Shown here: piece by piece, positions 17,697 to 20,000 of the stretch | Position numbering within the stretch: position 1 is the stretch's first letter | How the letters are laid out: each line of letters starts with the position of its first letter | DNA from: an uncultured virus (IMG/VR IMGVR_UViG_3300027229_000005) | Taxonomy: Duplodnaviria > Heunggongvirae > Uroviricota > Caudoviricetes | Virus record (IMG/VR): IMGVR_UViG_3300027229_000005 | DNA: 20,000 bases | Reading direction: 5' to 3' (one strand) | The notes under the pieces: generated by a model | Seen by the model: the letters and a program-made list of their open reading frames with translations, nothing else | What the model was told of the DNA's origin: nothing | The model's database searches: none | Translations under genes and position numbers: made by a program

Positions 17697-20000
17697 ATGT
17701 CTAGAATTAGTCTTAAAGACTTAGCAACGTTTAGATCTACATTCGTTCTAAAGGATTCCGATGCAGAATTACTAAAAGCTAAGTTCATTGACACTACAAG
17801 AACAACTGCAGGTAAAACTGCAAATGCTTACGGTGCTGATGAATCTTACACCAAGCTTTTTGCAATGGGTCCAATCGTTGATGAACTTACACGTGGTGTT
17901 AAGGCACTTGAGAATGAGATGACTCACCTCCACGAGTATATTACTGGTCAGCTTGGTCGTGATGCAGATAAAACCCTTCTTCCTCCAAACGTAGCATTTA
18001 CGGATGCTCTTGGAAATGAATACAATCTAATTACATTCGACGAAGCCACCAAAACATCACAGATCAATGTAGATGAACTTTTTGTTGGTCCAAACTCACT
18101 ATATGTTAATGGTAAGAAAGTCATCGAGGATAACTCCGACACTATTAACATTTCAACCGATCCAGGTCAAAACCTTGTTATTAAAACTCTTAACAACGGT
18201 ATTCTACAATTCTCTGCTCAAGAGGGTGGTATGAATTTTAATTCGACTGGCGGTGTTACATTTAACTCAGACATCACTATTAACTCGGCTAAATCGATCT
18301 CTGGTTCTAATGCAACCACAGGTCTACAACTTGGTAAAACTCAAGTTAATGGTCAGCTAACAGTTGATGGTAATATCATTCTTCCGGGTACAGCAAAAAT
18401 TGCTTTTGCAGGTGACGCGGCAGAAACATTCATTGCAGCAAATACAGATTCTCCAGAAGATTTGGAGATCTTCGCTGATCAGGACATTCACCTAAGACCG
18501 GATAACAACGTTACGGTCAACGGTACACCAATCCTAAATTCTTCAGGTCAATGGATTGGTCCTAATTCTGGCCTAATTGGTGCTACAGGTGCTCAAGGTG
18601 CTCAAGGTGCTAGAGGTGCTCAAGGTGCTAATGGCACTTCAGGTACATCTGGTTCTTCAGGTACATCTGGTTCTTCAGGTGTAAATGGTGCTCAAGGTGC
18701 TCAAGGAGCTGTTGGTCAAAAAGGTGCTACGGGTAATACAGGCGCTCAAGGTGCTCAAGGTGCTGCAGGTACTTCAGGTACATCTGGTTCTTCAGGTGTA
18801 AATGGTGCTCAAGGTGCTCAAGGAGCTGTTGGTCAAAAAGGTGCTACAGGTGCTACTGGTGCTCAAGGTGCTGCAGGTACATCTGGTTCTTCAGGTACAT
18901 CTGGTTCTTCAGGTGTAAATGGTGCTCAAGGTGCTCAAGGAGCTGTTGGTCAAAAAGGTTCAACAGGTAATACAGGCGCTCAAGGCGCTCAAGGTGCTGC
19001 AGGTACTTCAGGTACATCTGGTTCTTCAGGTGTAAATGGTGCTCAAGGTGCTACAGGTGCTCAAGGAGCTGTTGGTCAAAAAGGTGATACGGGTAATACA
19101 GGTGCTCAAGGTGCTCAAGGTGCTGCAGGTACTTCAGGTACATCTGGTTCTTCAGGTGTAAATGGTGCTCAAGGTGCTACTGGTGCTCAAGGAGCTGTTG
19201 GTCAAAAAGGTGATACGGGTAATACAGGTGCTCAAGGTGCTCAAGGTGCTCAAGGTGCTCAAGGTGCTCAAGGTGCTCAAGGTTACCAAGGTCCTGTTGG
19301 TCAAAAAGGTGCTACAGGTGCTACAGGTGCTCAAGGCGCTCAAGGCGCTCAAGGTTACCAAGGTCCAATTGGTAATACAGGTGCTACTGGTGCTCAAGGT
19401 GCAGCAGGTGTAGACGGTATATCAGGTACTTCAGGTGTAAATGGCGCTACAGGTGCTACTGGTGCTCAAGGTGCTACAGGTGCTCAAGGAGCTGTTGGTC
19501 AAAAAGGTGCTACAGGTGCTACTGGTGCTCAAGGTGCTCAAGGTGCTGCAGGTACTTCAGGTACATCTGGTTCTTCAGGTGTAAATGGTGCTCAAGGTGC
19601 TCAAGGAGCTGTTGGTCAAAAAGGTGCTACGGGTAATACAGGTGCTCAAGGTGCTCAAGGTGCTCAAGGTGCTGCAGGTACTTCAGGTACTTCAGGTACA
19701 TCTGGTTCTTCAGGTGTAAATGGTGCTCAAGGTGCTCAAGGAGCTGTTGGTCAAAAAGGTGCTACAGGTGCTACTGGTGCTCAAGGTGCTGCAGGTACTT
19801 CAGGTTCATCAGGTACATCTGGTTCTTCAGGTGTAAATGGCGGTACAGGTGCTCAAGGTGGTACAGGTGCTCAAGGTGCTCAAGGTGCTCAAGGTGCTCA
19901 AGGTTACCAAGGCCCTGTTGGTCAAAAAGGTGCTACAGGTGGCGGAGGTGCTCAAGGTGCTCAAGGTGCTCAAGGTGCTGCAGGTACTTCAGGTTCATCA
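17697..20000 (+). CDS. 3'-truncated collagen-like fibre protein (at least 768 aa); not in the ORF track
   Basis: ATG at 17697 ([16 protein letters not shown]...) with the frame open to the window end. About 294 aa of non-repetitive N-terminus ends in [16 protein letters not shown], followed by [18 protein letters not shown] triplets from 18579. Confidence 0.88.
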   Translation, partial: MSRISLKDLATFRSTFVLKDSDAELLKAKFIDTTRTTAGKTANAYGADESYTKLFAMGPIVDELTRGVKALENEMTHLHEYITGQLGRDADKTLLPPNVAFTDALGNEYNLITFDEATKTSQINVDELFVGPNSLYVNGKKVIEDNSDTINISTDPGQNLVIKTLNNGILQFSAQEGGMNFNSTGGVTFNSDITINSAKSISGSNATTGLQLGKTQVNGQLTVDGNIILPGTAKIAFAGDAAETFIAANTDSPEDLEIFADQDIHLRPDNNVTVNGTPILNSSGQWIGPNSGLIGATGAQGAQGARGAQGANGTSGTSGSSGTSGSSGVNGAQGAQGAVGQKGATGNTGAQGAQGAAGTSGTSGSSGVNGAQGAQGAVGQKGATGATGAQGAAGTSGSSGTSGSSGVNGAQGAQGAVGQKGSTGNTGAQGAQGAAGTSGTSGSSGVNGAQGATGAQGAVGQKGDTGNTGAQGAQGAAGTSGTSGSSGVNGAQGATGAQGAVGQKGDTGNTGAQGAQGAQGAQGAQGAQGYQGPVGQKGATGATGAQGAQGAQGYQGPIGNTGATGAQGAAGVDGISGTSGVNGATGATGAQGATGAQGAVGQKGATGATGAQGAQGAAGTSGTSGSSGVNGAQGAQGAVGQKGATGNTGAQGAQGAQGAAGTSGTSGTSGSSGVNGAQGAQGAVGQKGATGATGAQGAAGTSGSSGTSGSSGVNGGTGAQGGTGAQGAQGAQGAQGYQGPVGQKGATGGGGAQGAQGAQGAAGTSGSS

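Noticed and set aside
29..19413. Many tracked ORFs reading [21 protein letters not shown] or STLSTL
   Set aside because: They are alternate-frame or antisense shadows of the stop-poor 9-bp coding repeats and lie within the Gly-X-Y genes.
1..20000. Stop-codon reassignment as in some large phages
   Set aside because: The standard bacterial code already gives dense, uninterrupted genes. Stops are TAA, with one TGA, and no gene appears split.
11019..20000. Animal collagen or vWA extracellular-matrix gene
   Set aside because: There are no introns or signal peptide and Pro is nearly absent from the triplets. The S74 domain and intrinsic terminators indicate a phage or prokaryotic origin.

Overview
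This window looks like a virion-structure region of a large tailed bacteriophage (inference). The support is fibre-type repeat proteins, a C-terminal Peptidase S74 intramolecular chaperone, bacterial intrinsic terminators and no Shine-Dalgarno motifs. Three genes encode nearly proline-free Gly-X-Y repeat proteins ([12 protein letters not shown] and GAQ/GAT triplets): <1-1638, 11019-17633 (2204 aa, with a vWA domain and S74) and 17697->20000. Two related beta-rich structural proteins (1643-3589, 10230-10988) and a repetitive coiled-coil fibre (3725-5716) lie among them. In the middle of this block is a 4.3-kb, more AT-rich enzyme cassette: a DUF2827-like putative glycosyltransferase, two paralogous GT2 enzymes and a convergent J-domain(HPD)-sulfotransferase-like fusion. 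The best candidate for a new system is phage-encoded glycosylation and sulfation of Ser/Thr/Asn-rich Gly-X-Y fibres. All family assignments come from motif recognition by eye; no searches were run.
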